Source of the DNA: Leptogorgia sarmentosa
Lineage: Eukaryota
Assembly: GCA_964658305.1 (NCBI GenBank)
Contig: OZ210884.1
Location: 7,564,001-7,628,000, forward strand
Length of the DNA stretch: 64,000 nucleotides
Direction: 5' to 3'
Shown: positions 11,878 through 25,673 of the stretch, one piece after another
Layout of the letters: every line of letters begins with the position of its first letter
Position numbering within the stretch: position 1 is the first letter of the stretch
The notes under the pieces: model-generated
Told to the model about the DNA's origin: nothing
Databases searched by the model: none
The model's input: the letters and a program-made list of their open reading frames with translations, nothing else
Made by a program: the position numbers and the translations under genes

Positions 11878-13264
11878 AGAGATAAATATATCTGCGACTG
11901 CAAAATCACTGAAATCTAGCTTAAAAGCAATTTTTAACCATTGCATTTCCTTTCTTGCATCTTTAATTTGAATTCTTGCAAAATCACAGTTTAATGAAAA
12001 CCTTGCAAGTTTCACAACTATGAAAACTTAGCTGTTTTAGAATATCATTTTTCATTTAAACTGAAAAATCTCAGTATATAAGGATACCAAATGACATAAA
12101 ATGAAAATTGCACCACTGTTAGTTAAACGCTAAGCTGGCTGGTTAATAGGAATGTTCTGTTCTTCTACGAAATTCATCGTTGTGCCAATTATTCCTAAAC
12201 AGGCTTGCTGCAGGAAATTCACTGCTTAATGTTGAAATGGGCTACATTGGGCATCAAAAAGTGTACAGTTGAAAAATATTCGCTAAACTATTAAGAGGAT
12301 AATTTTTTCCATGTCGCGTATTTTCGAAGAAATGTGTTCAAAACCCGAAATCTTTTTGGCGTTCCTCTCAAAATCAAATTATTCAGTGATTATTGTCTCG
12401 ACAAAACTATTTGCTATCTTCGAAACTATGTCTGGGTTTTGAGAAACTAAAAGGAATATAAAAATTATGAGCATCAATGTTTGTATAACCAGCGCAATAT
12501 AAATGAAGCCTTGATTTCAACAATAAATGCAAGATTTCAAACGCAACTTTCTCTTTGACGTATCCTCCAAAATCTTTTTATTTTCGTTTTAAATCATTAA
12601 TTATGTTACGCAGGTGCATAATAGTGTGTAAACATTAAAGATAAGTCTCGCAGGTAAACTAAACATTACGCACATAGAGGAGCTGATAAGCGACATTCTT
12701 GCTTCAAAATCCAGATAAAGTAAATAATAAATTTTCGAACCTACGCAGAATGTCAACTACGGTTCCAATTAGGCGGATAGAGAAGATAAGCAATCTTGGA
12801 TACTGTCAAAGTTTGACCGGAATGTGAGGAAAAAAGCCAGAGGTGTTTGAACAGGCTGTGTACATTGCAAAAACAGAAACCTTGTACTTACGCGTGCGTA
12901 TGCTTTGGGTTGCCATCAATCACGCCTCAAGATAATTCGCGCGGTTGAGTAATTACAATAATACGTCATCAAAATCTCAGTTCGTTAAATTCCCTTCTAA
13001 ATTAAGTTAACTTATAAAGCTAAGCCTAGATGTTGCACCTCAACTATTTTGCTATTAGTAAGTAACAAAGTAGGTTAGTCTTAACCTATCTAAGTATCGG
13101 TAGAATGAGCGTAAAACTGACTTGAGAAGTGCGACAACACCTTAAACATACAGAACTGGAGAGCTGGAACGAGGGTTCATAGTACAGCACATGAACGCTG
13201 ATTGGTGGATTCAGTATCGTGCCACCTCGCTGTTCACGTGTGCAAAGATCCCCTCGACCGTCAG

Positions 13265-13271
13265 TATAAAA
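13265..13271 (+). promoter_or_regulatory. TATA box in the 5' LTR (copy at 15906-15912)
   Basis: CAGTATAAAAGG about 200 bp upstream of the LTR 3' end, a typical U3 position. Confidence 0.55.
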
Positions 13272-13477
13272 GGAACTCCCCATCCCAACTTGAGTCAGTG
13301 GACGTAGACCGAAGTAAAAGCGTAACAAATGAAAAGGCTACTGAAACTCAACAGACAAACTCAACGAGAAACCGACCAAACAACGCTAAGAAGAAGAAGA
13401 CGGAAGATTTTTACGAACAGTAGGAATACTATAAGACCAACTGTAACGATTCCCATCCTCGTCGCCATATTTAACAG

Positions 13478-13492
13478 TGGTGGAGGATCGGC
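13478..13492 (+). promoter_or_regulatory. Primer-binding site, tRNA-Ala-like
   Basis: TGGTGGAG lies one base after the LTR end and is complementary to the CUCCACCA 3' end typical of tRNA-Ala. Confidence 0.6.
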
Positions 13493-15016
13493 TTCATAAC
13501 GACAAAAACGGATGAAGAAGCGGTCTACTTCCAATACCTTAAGAAACACAAGTGAAAGATGCGTGGTTTTGCGTGGATGTCTATTCAACTGCTGTGTTTG
13601 GCGCTGATGGTCTTACCCCGTTCCGATCTATCGGATCCTGCGTGCCTGTTCAGGGCGAGAGACGATGCGCCCAGCAAGTTGTTTGGTAGAATGTCACAAG
13701 ATGCCGCCAATCATGGTCTGTGTATTTCTGATGTTGCTGGAGCACACCTTGTTCCGTTACCTTGGGAGCCACCTTGAGTTAACAATGCAATTCCCGCGAA
13801 TTTATGATCCCTTTCCTGATGAACAGTTATATTTTACACGGACATGATAATGGAAACTCCTATACGAACTTACGGTAGCTATTATACAATTATTATAGCT
13901 TTACGTTTTTTGAACTGTACCTGTCTGCAATTCCTTGTCAGTGAGCTTTGTGTATTTTTATAGTACCTTCCTAGTGCATGGTCTATGGACATGAAAACAC
14001 AAGGGAATGATTGTTCAACCAAAATTGCCTAAGTCACACTCACGATGCTTTATAACCTCATGATGCCGTAGGTTAGCGCATGCATGCATTAAGTTGGGTC
14101 AGCAATAAAATATTTTATCGCAATTTTTGTCGTTAATTATATTCACAGCTAAATGTTCTCTCTCCCCGGGACAGTCAAAGGGTACCCCAACCTTGTTATA
14201 ATGGAATACGATATCTTTTCAAGCAAAAAGCTTAAATATTAGGTAAATTCTTGTATTTTCTATGTAGACTCGGTGTTATTTTGTCGATGAAAACCTACAT
14301 TTTAAAGTTTGAAATGCTGAGCATGACATTAATTCAAGAACACAAATTGCGTAATTATCGAAGTTTACAAAAAAGTGTTGTTGCATGTTGAAATAGTTCG
14401 AAATTTATTGAAGACGTATTATTAAAATATTCGAAAGAAAATTAGCTGAGTTCAATTTATTATTATATAGAGAGTATATCTCGGAAGAGCTATATAATAA
14501 CATCCAATTGAAAGTTTAGGTTATTATTATAGAGAGATGTATTTGTCGGAAGAGCTTTATAATAATTTCCAGTTATGCAAAGTGATCAACCAAGAATTTA
14601 AATAAAATTTTCGTTGTTGTACCGAAGGTTATTTTATGAAATTGATATAATGTTGGCATACCTTTTCGATGTCAAGCTTATTTTACCTACTGTCCAATTG
14701 TTTAAGCCCCTGGTACATACTTTTAAGAAAACAAGCAATTTTCTGCCTCTGTTTTCACCATTGATTTTGGTTTGTCTTTATTCGCTTGTGTCTTTATTTT
14801 ACGCATGTATTAAAGTTTTAGTCGACTACCCCTGAGGTGCATATAGACATAAGTATATTATGCTTCGATACCTTATTCTCATGTATAGTCTTTTATGAAA
14901 GTGTTAATCTATATTCTTTTAGTTAGTCAACACGCTATATGCATGGTCTCAGTTATTAGGCAATTGGTAGTTTGCCCGTGATAAGCCACGCCGAGCTTAC
15001 ACATTTTATTCAGTTA

Positions 15017-15158
15017 GGCCTGTTTCAAACGTCGAACTTTAGTCGCGTCGAATGCAATTCAGACAAAGGATAATGAGCTGATAATGAGGCAAGTTATCTC
15101 ATTATCTATTGTTTTAATTGCATTCGACGCGACTAAAGTTCGACGTATGAAACAGGCC
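15017..15158. mobile_element. PIF/Harbinger-type MITE inside the LTR element
   Basis: ~43-bp near-perfect TIR GGCCTGTTTCAAACGTCGAACTTTAGTCGCGTCGAATGCAATT with TTA on both sides. Confidence 0.85.
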
Positions 15159-17255
15159 TTATTGTAGATACTCGCATACACTTAACTTATATATTTTACC
15201 GTCTCCTACTAAGCTGAGGACAGCTTAAACCAGGTGGGAAGGATTGTTACGCAGGTGCATAATAGTGTGTAAACATTAAAGATAAGTCTCGCAGGTAAAC
15301 TAAACATTACGCACATAGAGGAGCTGATAAGCGACATTCTTGCTTCAAAATCCAGATAAAGTAAATAATAAATTTTCGAACCTACGCAGAATGTCAACTA
15401 CGGTTCCAATTAGGCGGATAGAGAAGATAAGCAATCTTGGATACTGTCAAAGTTTGACCGGAATGTGAGGAAAAAAGCCAGAGGTGTTTGAACAGGCTGT
15501 GTACATTGCAAAAACAGAAACCTTGTACTTACGCGTGCGTATGCTTTGGGTTGCCATCAATCACGCCTCAAGATAATTCGCGCGGTTGAGTAATTACAAT
15601 AATACGTCATCAAAATCTCAGTTCGTTAAATTCCCTTCTAAATTAAGTTAACTTATAAAGCTAAGCCTAGATGTTGCACCTCAACTATTTTGCTATTAGT
15701 AAGTAACAAAGTAGGTTAGTCTTAACCTATCTAAGTATCGGTAGAATGAGCGTAAAACTGACTTGAGAAGTGCGACAACACCTTAAACAAACAGAACTGG
15801 AGAGCTGGAACGAGGGTTCATAGTACAGCACATGAACGCTGATTGGTGGATTCAGTATCGTGCCACCTCGCTGTTCACGTGTGCAAAGATCCCCTCGACC
15901 GTCAGTATAAAAGGAACTCCCCATCCCAACTTGAGTCAGTGGACGTAGACCGAAGTAAAAGCGTAGCAAATGAAAAGGCTACTGAAACTCAACAGACAAA
16001 CTCAACGAGAAACCGACCAAACAACGCTAAGAAGAAGAAGACGGAACATCTTAACGAACAGTAGAAATACTATAAGACAAAGTGTAACGATTCCCTCCTC
16101 GTGCAAATAAAGACATATTTAACAATTATGAATCCATCAAACTTTTTAAGTGAGTCTGCCGACTGAAAAACCTCAAAATTTGAAATTTATATTTCGATGA
16201 ATTTGAGTTTTGAGCGCGAGATACGTGACATACAGAAAATTCTCGTCTTAAGCATGCGCAGTCAAGAAAACTAAGAAACACCCGCCCTCTGTGGTCTACC
16301 ACTAAAATTATTTTGAAAACTATAAATGTTTTTGAAGCAGGGAACGTGTTGCTGAGGGAGATTTAGAAATGCATTACCCACAATTTAGTCTTTATTCACC
16401 CAATTTGTTTAATCGAGTAAAAATATGGAATATATTGTAGTAGCTAACAAAGTTTAGACAATTTTGGTGCAGCCTGAGACGAAATTGCGATGTCCAAAAA
16501 CTTGAACCTCAAGAATTAGCTGGCGAATTTTGCATTGTAATTTATGCAACTATCCAAGCATCTGAGCATGAGTATAAATATACATTAACCCGCTGCGATT
16601 TTTCCAGCGCGATTCGCATTTGGATTTGATATATGAAAAATATCGCAGACGCTACCGCAAATTTCTTTTGCGTACGCAATGGAAAGTATCCTAAGCAAGC
16701 AGTAAACCATGATTTGAAATGTGGCTTCTTCACTCGTACTCACTCCGCGCCGATTGTGTTATTCATGTATGCCAAGCTAATCATAGCGCGTGTAAACGTA
16801 TCTTTGAAGCATTTTGGTATTATTTTACGCTGCCTGCGCTGGTTACGTATTGAAGATAGTTATAATTCTCAGATGGTCACTGAGAATTCGTGAACACTAA
16901 TGTATTACAACATTTTTTAGACCATATTACGCTCCAGCCTTCAGCTCGGTTGCTATGTTAGCATTATCATCATTCATGTAACTAGCATACAGTTACAATC
17001 CTTCAGTGCGGTAAATATGTTATTTTCTTCTTACCTTTCGATACTCAGTCGACAATCTAATACAAGCAAACAAGTCTTTGATAAATCCTGCTCAAGACAA
17101 GTAAAATACGCATTAAACTTGCTGCCAATATGAGAATATAATGTCTACACTGGGAAAACGCTGGTGGCTAACTGGTGGCTTGTATAGCCAGGGCTTATGG
17201 GAAAATTTAGGTCGTTCATTGGTTGGTACTGGGCAATATACATGTTACTAAAGTA

Positions 17256-17382
17256 GAATCTCGCTATCTCGAAGTGAAAGCCAGTTCCCTTGAAACTCAT
17301 AATACATTTATATCAACCCTCGCTATGTCGAACTCCCGCTATCTCGAACAAATTTTTGTTGCCCTTGCGGGATTTTACTCTA
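17256..17382. mobile_element. Degenerate pogo/Tc1-like MITE remnant present in every spacer copy
   Basis: (c)AGTAGAATCTCGCTATCTCGAA start, internal repeats of cgctatctcgaa and a matching degenerate end gcgggattttact. Boundaries are approximate. Confidence 0.4.
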
Positions 17383-19197
17383 AACAATTTTATGGAAATA
17401 GTACTGGAACAAGTGGCTGCATGGGTGCACGTGTATTACCACAAAGCAATGCGTTGCAAAGTTTGAGATAAATTTCGCCTACAGCACAAATTAGGTCTGC
17501 TGCTCAGCGCCGCTACGCTCGCTCGCTCCGCAGCAAATATACACATACATCTGTGACATGTGCGCACATTATCATTTATATTTTCGTGATTTTCAAAGCG
17601 TGGATAACGTCGTGAGACGTAGTTCTGTGTTTCGGACTTTCAAGTTAAAAAAGTTTGCCTTATTGTTGTTCATATTTTCACCGTTGTTTAGTCACTCCTT
17701 GATGAAATCAAGATAACACAATGCAATATTTTTAAAAAGTTTTATTCAGTACAACTATACATGGATCTACATATTTAGCTACGTGCATGTTCCTCTCATG
17801 CAGCTAATAAGATAATACAACTTCAATTATACCATTGAATTCTATAATATGTTGTATAGTCTATACCGTCTATCTTCTGATCTATAGCTACAATTTTTCC
17901 AATCATACATGTGGTGGTTAAATTACAATTACATTATCACAACAAGAATCCCTTTTTTAAAATAGCTCAGTTCATTGATATCGACATAGCTACAAAGACC
18001 TTTTACAACTTTTGTATTTCTAAGACTCATCACCGCATGATCATGCACAACCCGGCATTTGAAAAGTTTTCGGAAGATTCGTTTCGAGATTTGAAATATT
18101 GGCCAAAGACATTTATCTTTTTACAAGAGATACGAGATAATATAAACGATCCTGGTGACCCGGTTGTTCAAAAGCTGGTAAGGCTAACCACGTCTTACAT
18201 AGTTTGAAACTCAAAGCAAATTTTCTAACGAATTAAAAAATATTTCGTCAAAAATCTTCGATCTGCATCAAAAATGGTTTTCCTCTTAAAAGTTTCCAAG
18301 TAAACAGGCGTGCATGCATGAATACACAAACTAAAACGATGGGTTTTTATTTTAAATCCAGGTTAGCGTTAACCTGCTCTTAAACAACCGGGTCCTTAGA
18401 TCATTTTCAGATAGTTAGTAAGAAGATGAAAGGCTTCCCATGAACCAATACTTGAAATCATAAAAACATGCGCGAATTTCCAAGCTATCAGAAATTAAAC
18501 GTTGTTTTTTTGTTTTTTCTTCGCATTAGCTACGATCAGTACAATGCAAAGGAGTAAATATAAAAACATAGGAAAATCAATAGATAACATTTAATTGTTT
18601 ATCATTTTGAGCCGTTGGAGTCAAAGCCAACATAAAATGTGATCATGTCTGATGAGCATAGACAACCTTTGAAACATTCTCAATCATTACCATAATTCAA
18701 TTCAAATCGTTCAGGAAAATTATTGAAAAAGATTGGAAAAGGTCTAAAATTAATAGACAAACATTGCAACATCTTTCAACATCATCGCTATAAGATGAAG
18801 CCAAAACAGGAACGAAATTATCCAACTCAGCGTTTGTCTATTTGTATTTTGCAAATTTTTGCAAACTTCTTGGAAACCGAAAGTTTGAAAATTTTCCCCA
18901 TTGACACAAACAACGTGTACTCTTAAGATGTGACACTTTTTACAAGTTTCCATTGAAAAAAATATGTTTTCTTGACAAACTGATCATCTTAACTGTTTGC
19001 TAGTTAAATTAAATTATACGATACTTAATAAAGGATAATGACAATAAAAATAAATTAATATAAAAGTAATATTGATTATATTCTCTAACCCAAAATCTTA
19101 TTGAAGAATTTTTGCCTTTTTTGCATTAATGATATTATCGTTGATATAAAAAATTCCACTGCATTCCGCCATCTTATTGGATAGCCTACCATTGTTA

Positions 19198-19450
19198 AGG
19201 CCTGATTGCACGGGCGATATTTATGGGCGAAATGCGAAAATTTTCGCGCGAAATAATTGTACGCATGCGTCTTAAGAGCTGATAAGATTTCTCGAGAAAA
19301 AATTTCGCTTCACCAGTGAGTAGAAGTCAGTTCTACTCACTGCGAAAGTGAAAAATGTGGGAGAATTCAATGGAATCGTTCATGTGCAACCATCCGCATT
19401 TCGCAGACACAATTTCTCGCGAAAGATTTCGCCGTCGTGGAATCAGGCCT
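19198..19450. mobile_element. PIF/Harbinger-type MITE (253 bp), specific to this unit
   Basis: TIR AGGCCTGATTGCACG / CGTGGAATCAGGCCT with a TTA TSD (19195-19197, 19451-19453). The empty site cattgttagatatc is seen in other units. Confidence 0.88.
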
Positions 19451-20467
19451 TTAGATATCTATACGAACGTCACAAGCAGCGCAAGTAGTTTTGCACTTTG
19501 ACCTACTCTTGCGTTACGGTTAGTACCTAAACGTAAAACTATTTATTTTTCACTTTTAAAGTGTCTATACCGTTGTTGTGAGGTTGATCAAAATAAAATA
19601 ATTAAATACGAAATACGACAAAAAAATTTAGATAGAAGTTATTATTTGCAACATGAATTTGTAAGAATTTTCGAAAACAAATTCCGGCTAAAAATAACTT
19701 CGGAAAACCACGGACAAAATCACTCTTTTATTAAAAAATATTCTTAGCAACCGACGGTTGTTAGATTGGTTGACCGATCAACAAAAAACGCGATCCTTCA
19801 TTCCACCCCATTCCAGTCTCATCTTTTGAATAAAAATGTTCAATTCAACTTTTATAAAATATGAAATATAGAACTTCTTCGTCTCTAACGTGCCGCTTTC
19901 TCTGAAAGTCTCACAGGATGATAACAGTGTTGAACGTCAAGATGACTTTTTTAGAGATGAAATAGTGACAACACATTTTGGTCTCATGTTCCTCGACATA
20001 AAAATCATGGAAAGTTCTCATTCTGAATAAATGACGTTACCGACATTGGAAGATGCACACTATAGAGACGATATTTTTCTTAGAGGAACTTCTTTCCACA
20101 TAGCTACTGTACTGAAATAAGTTATTATTGGCGTTCAATAGGGTATCTGTAATGCATGCATCTTCTGTTGTTGTTGTTGTTGTCGAGATTGGATTCTGAA
20201 AACCAGAAATTCCGATAACCGTATTTCATTTTCCATGGCCGACTGTCTCGATTAGCATCGTGGTTATTTCAGTAAGCCTCAGCTTATAATAAAACACTTG
20301 TGTTAATTGCTTGAATTTATTTTAAAGCAGCGTGTTCTTTTTGATGTACCTGCATGGTATAACTGAATGAAAGAAAATTATTTAATATGAAAATGCCTAC
20401 AAATACTGTTTTCTAACCCCGATGATTAAACATTGCTGCAAAATATACATGGTTGATTACATGCACC

Positions 20468-23400
20468 TTAGCAGTTAATAAGAGCTCTAGCGTACTCATT
20501 ATAACATTGTTCTGTTTTGGGATGGTTTCTTCCTAGAATTTTCGAATACATTTTGTACGCCAGCCGCAAATTATTTACCACGAGACTTTTGTTTTTCATT
20601 TTAGCAGCTATTCCGGTCACTACGAGGTACAAATCACCTTCACCTTCGCTTCCTTCTGGAGAAATATCTTTAACGACAGACAATGAGGCATAATAAGAAG
20701 TTAAAGCTTTTTCATAAGACTCTTTAAACCAATAAGCTTTTGCAAGCTCCAGTCGACATTCAAGTTCTTCAGATTTGTCAATGACGTCATGAGAAAGTTT
20801 TGGGAGCTGCAGTAATGCGTTACCAAGAGACTCAATTGCTGCATCATATTGCCGCATGCCATTAAAAAGACGACCTTTCAAGACATGACACCGAAAGATA
20901 GATCGGTGTTTTCTACATTCAGGGAGTGATTCCGCGATTTCGGTAGCTCGCTCAATTGCTTCCCCCGCCAATTTGAACTTCCCAACCTCAAATAAGGTTC
21001 TCACGATTTTACAGTACCATTCAATAATGTTATTCCGGAAAAGGACATCACCAAGCATTATTTGGTGCAACGTTATATTAAAAGCTTTTTCAAGGGACGC
21101 CAGACCAGAATTGTGGTTTCCAGACTCAAATTCCTTCGCAGCTAATCTCAAATGCATTATTTTCAAAAATGGTTGCATTTCTTCTTTAATTGCATGTGTA
21201 GCACTATCAAACAATTCAGTATACAACTTTTTATCTACCTCCATATCCAGTAGTTGGTGACAGATAGCGAGTTGTACGCATTCGTCATTGCAATCGGCAC
21301 CCAATTGAAGTTCAGTTTGAAGAACATTCAGACTTTCAGTTTTGTTGCCAAGACAGTCATGCACTCGTGCGATAGCATTGTAACACATAATGACTAAACT
21401 CAACGAACAGCGCTTGTCGGCAGAGAGTTTCAAACATATTTCCAAAGCTTGCTGAAATGTCGCTAGCGCTGAAGTGAAGTCATTAAACTGTAACTGTGCC
21501 ATGCCCAGCCAAAAAAGAACGTCAGCAATTTCTTCAGTATCTTCACCGGATGATTTCCTTCTTAGTCTAAGTGCTTCTTCAAAAGATTCAATGGCTAATT
21601 CAGATTTGTTCATGTATCTGTATACTCCTCCTTTTTCAATATATGCTTCGGCTAGGATATCAATTTCTCTACTGTTCCCGTCATCAGAGGTTTCCAAAAT
21701 TCCAATAACCTGATCAAATGCATCAAGAGCAGCACTAAAATTTTCAGCAGCTTTCTCAGCCTTGCCCATCTCAAGATAACAAAACGCACTCGCTTCATGT
21801 TGTTTTCCATTGAGTTTTAGTGAGAGGTGAAGCGCTTTACGACATGTCTCCACTATTTCAAGATTTTTTTTTGGATTCAATGTTTCCTCCATGGACATTT
21901 TTATCGTATAGCAATACAGAAGTCGCTGAGACAATCGAGGCCTAAACTCATGAGATGTCAATTCTGACTTTGTAGACTTGTCCAAAAAATTGATCTTTTC
22001 ATCCAAAAGAAATTCTTGCCCAGCAATTCGGCCAAGAATGGCTGAATTACAATCACAGAACGTTTCCAATGAAAATAAATAACGTGAATTCCTAAGGCCA
22101 TTATTGCTTCCTAGCTGTTGCTCGAGTATGCTCATAAGGTTTAAGAGATGCGTTGCTATCTCACCACTTACAAATGCTTCTGACCAGGAAACCAGAAGAT
22201 GAACAAACAATATTAATTGTTCGCCTTTACATTCGTTTTGTCCCGATAACGAAGATTGCTCGCAGTCATTAATTAAAAAAAGATTATAATTACCAATTTC
22301 GTCACAAACTTCGATCGCTTTTCTACTGAAGTTGTTTGACTTGCTGTATTCTTTCAAATCAGTGTAATACATTGCAAGAAGCTGCAGACATAAACATTTT
22401 ATCAGTTGTTGTTCAGGGCATTTTGCCAAACCGTCAAGATGTTTCTCAATTAGTTCAATACCTGATTTACGATTTCCTTTAAAAATAAGCGAAATTCCTT
22501 CATAACTACCTAGTTTTGCTGCACTACCATCCGTTGACAACATAACATTTTCACGTACTTGCTCAGGTATTTCTGAGTCTGTCTTTGAGACGAAGAAAGA
22601 AGAGATAACACCACGAAAATATTTGCTGACATACAATTTTGAGCAATCGTATTCCTGTGCACTAAATCTTTCTATAGCAGAATCATACAGTTTGGGAATA
22701 AGCTCCAATGACGTCGACGGCAAATCAATCAGAAAAAGAAATATTTCACTTTTGGATAATATTCGACCGAGATCTTGCAAACTGCTTGTCAGAGACAGGC
22801 GCATAGCAGTTGATAGATGCTCCAGGGTGTCTTCCAGTTGGGGACTCTCAACCGACCTTCCAGCAAGGAAATCGTCATTGAACTTTTCAAAAAGAAGTAA
22901 GTAATAACTACAATAGCGATTTCTAGAAGAATTGACAACATTCTCAAAATCACATCCTTTTGCTTTTTCCACGACAAACGAATAAATAAGAGGATGGATG
23001 GAATAATTCCCTCCTCCGGAATCTTCATCAATTAACGATTTCTTGACAAGTGTTTTAAGGCTACGTGTGCTTTCCACAACCCCTATTTCCGCAGAAAGAA
23101 CTCCAACAGCCGCGTCCTTACTTATTCTTGAGGACCTGAACACGGTTAATGAAATCAATGCATGTTTGTCAGTTATCGTCAGCTGCTCAAACGGAATCTC
23201 AAATAATCTTTTTATGTTTTTGTCGTATGGACTGTCTATCTGCCCCAGTAAATCTCCCGAAAGACTTAGCTCTTCAAGTATTACATTCGCCATATCTTCA
23301 GTGTTGTTTTCGACCAATGAAGCAACAAGTTTCATCGCCAGAGGAACATGGGAACAAATTTCGGTCACTTTAGCCGCAACATTTTCCGGAAACGAAGGAA

Positions 23401-23961
23401 GAAGTTGACGAACAAATCCAACAGACGAAACTGGATGGAGGGGTCGAATTCGGATGCCTTGAAAACCTGCTATATGATCGCGCATGCTTTCTAAATGCTC
23501 CCTTGTTGTAAACATTAGATTGATGTTAATATTACTGTCCAACAACTCTTCAAATAAATTTCTTAGTTTAGCAGAACGACTATCGGACGACAGGAGATCA
23601 TCAAGGTTATCAAATATAAGGAAAATTTGACAAGAAATTTCTCTAAAAATACATACTAGTTTGTCGATAGGTTTCAGGCTATGATCAATTAAGTTGCCTC
23701 TGAAAATACCTAAAATCTTTGATAAAAATTCGTCTACTGTGTTAATACCTTGCAATTTGAAAAAATAAACAGGATACCCAAGAGAAACAAGATGATGTGC
23801 TGCTCCAATGGCTGTTGATGTTTTACCAAATCCAGGCGATCCCCAAATGTTCAACAGACGTATTGATTGGTCAGTTATGAGGTTCGTAATTTCTTCAATT
23901 TCGACGTCTCTACCAGTAAAGAAAGGGACAGTACTTGGAACATATGGCTTGGGTAATGTCT
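20468..23961 (-). CDS. HEPN-STAND-TPR gene 2, exon 2; spliced product ~1426 aa
   Basis: Same acceptor, phase and STAND/TPR motifs as gene 1; uninterrupted frame. Confidence 0.92.
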
Positions 23962-24886
23962 CTAAAAGATAAATTATACAATATAATTATATTCTCAGGC
24001 CCTACATTTGTGTCGATGTTTCTCTGAGCATATGTACCCCAAGCAAGCAGAAAAACTGGTTGCACGTCAACAAAGACGATATTTTATCATTAGGTAGTTG
24101 AAGTTTGACTACCGATGCTAATATCAAATAAACAACTACCCATTCGCTTCGCTAGAAAAAAAGGATTGGAAGTCACTCCCACACCGATGTTAGGCTGGCT
24201 TTGAATGTCGCCAATAAAGACAAAATAAACTTATTCTGAAAATATGTACTTTTTGTTCACAAAAAACGTCTTATGTAATGTCAAAGCTTGTTTGTTTTCG
24301 ACGCTACTTTATTCGTTTTGATAACTTACAGTATCGCTTTAAACCAACTACTAAAATGACAAACGGAAGTTGGAACATCGGTATCGGTATATTGGTATCG
24401 GAAGTAACACAGTCTTAATGATTCTTGGAGTGTATATTTCACGTTTGTAGTTTCTTCATAAAAAAGTCTTCATTAAAAGAATCCATTGAAACTCAGAAAT
24501 CACAATGAGATATTCTGGCAAGAACTACAGTACAGTACAGTACATCCAAGGAAAAACTATCATGTTATACCTGCTATATTTCCTTTTTCAACCAAGGTCA
24601 ACTTTTTAATCATCTGCTCCACATTCTCTATTTTCTCCGTTTGTTTTTCCACTACTAAAATGACAAACGGAAGTTGGAACATCAGTATATTGGTATCGGA
24701 AGTAACACAGTCTTAATGATTCTTGGAGTATATATTTCACGTTTGTAGTTTCTTCATAAAAAAGTCTTCATTAAAAGAAGTTTCATGTAAAAATTAAAAA
24801 TTCCAAACTAAAGAATCACAATGCGATATTCTGGCAAGAACTGCAGTACAGTACAGTGGATCTAAAGAAAAACTATCATGTTATAC

Positions 24887-25673
24887 CTGCTATATTTCCC
24901 TTTTCAACCAAGTTCAACTTTTTCATCATCTGCTCCACATTCTCTATTTTCTCCGTTTGTTTTCCCATTGAATTCTCTTGTTTCTCTGCCAATTCTTTAA
25001 TAGAAGATAATGTCTGCTCAATGTTCTCGTGAAACATACTGTTAGCTTGTAACTCCTTGATACGACATTCCTCCAGTTTCTGAACTTTCTCTGTAGGAAA
25101 ATCATCTTCGCTCATTTGACCGATAACGACAACAAAATTGGTATCAATCTTCACCGCCGTTAAAGCGTTGATTACCAGCTGTACATAAACATCAAAATCA
25201 GTTTTAACTACTTCTGGTTTTGGCGAATGGCAAAGTTTGTTCCTCAGTAATCGCAGTTGATCAATTGCCAAAGCGAAGGTCTCATCTTGATTTCCGGTTG
25301 AGCTTTGAACTGAAGAATGAAAAGAACCTGGAACTGGCTTTGCTTTCTTCAAATATAAGTCGTTCAATGTTGAACCCTTGCTACTCGGAGCACCAAATGT
25401 TTTGGCATAGATTGTTGCTTTAAACAAAGCTGTACAATCCCATTCTTCAATTGATTTCCCTGTTGGTATATCAGTTTTTCCACCTTCAGATGTGAGAAGC
25501 AAGTTTCGTACTGTAATGCTATCATCCCAGGGAATGAATCCTGGTTTCATCGAAACTTTACTGTCCCACATGGTGACAAAAATTTCACGCAACACCTTGG
25601 GAAACTCATCGAGAACAAGTGTAGAAAACTTAAAGAAATTCAATTGTTCCTTAGAAAATGGTTTTGCTGCCAT
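24887..25673 (-). CDS. HEPN-STAND-TPR gene 2, exon 1 (HEPN plus coiled coil)
   Basis: ATG at 25673, RNKLCH motif and phase-1 donor GCAG|GTATAA. Confidence 0.88.

Larger units (their letters stand above)
12604..16124 (+). mobile_element. Non-autonomous LTR retroelement, probably Gypsy-dependent: LTRs 12604-13476 and 15245-16124, non-coding interior
   Basis: Near-identical direct repeats with TGTTA...TAACA ends and a 4-bp TSD ATTA (12600-12603, 16125-16128). PBS TGGTGGAGGAT follows the 5' LTR. A purine tract AGGTGGGAAGGA precedes the 3' LTR. No gag/pol ORF. Confidence 0.92.
12295..16247. mobile_element. TTAA-flanked non-autonomous TIR element (~430 bp, Kolobok-like), split by an LTR element
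   Basis: TTAA at 12291-12294 and 16248-16251. Imperfect TIRs GAGGATAATTTTTTCCATGTCGCGTAT vs GACGAGAATTTTCTGTATGTCACGTAT (reverse complement of the right end). Absent in other units (aaactatgaagcatgcgcag). Confidence 0.75.

Noticed and set aside
13086..13847. Short ORFs in the LTR and interior as gag or accessory genes
   Set aside because: No zinc knuckle, protease, RT or integrase motifs. The duplicates at 15727-16064 just reflect the second LTR.
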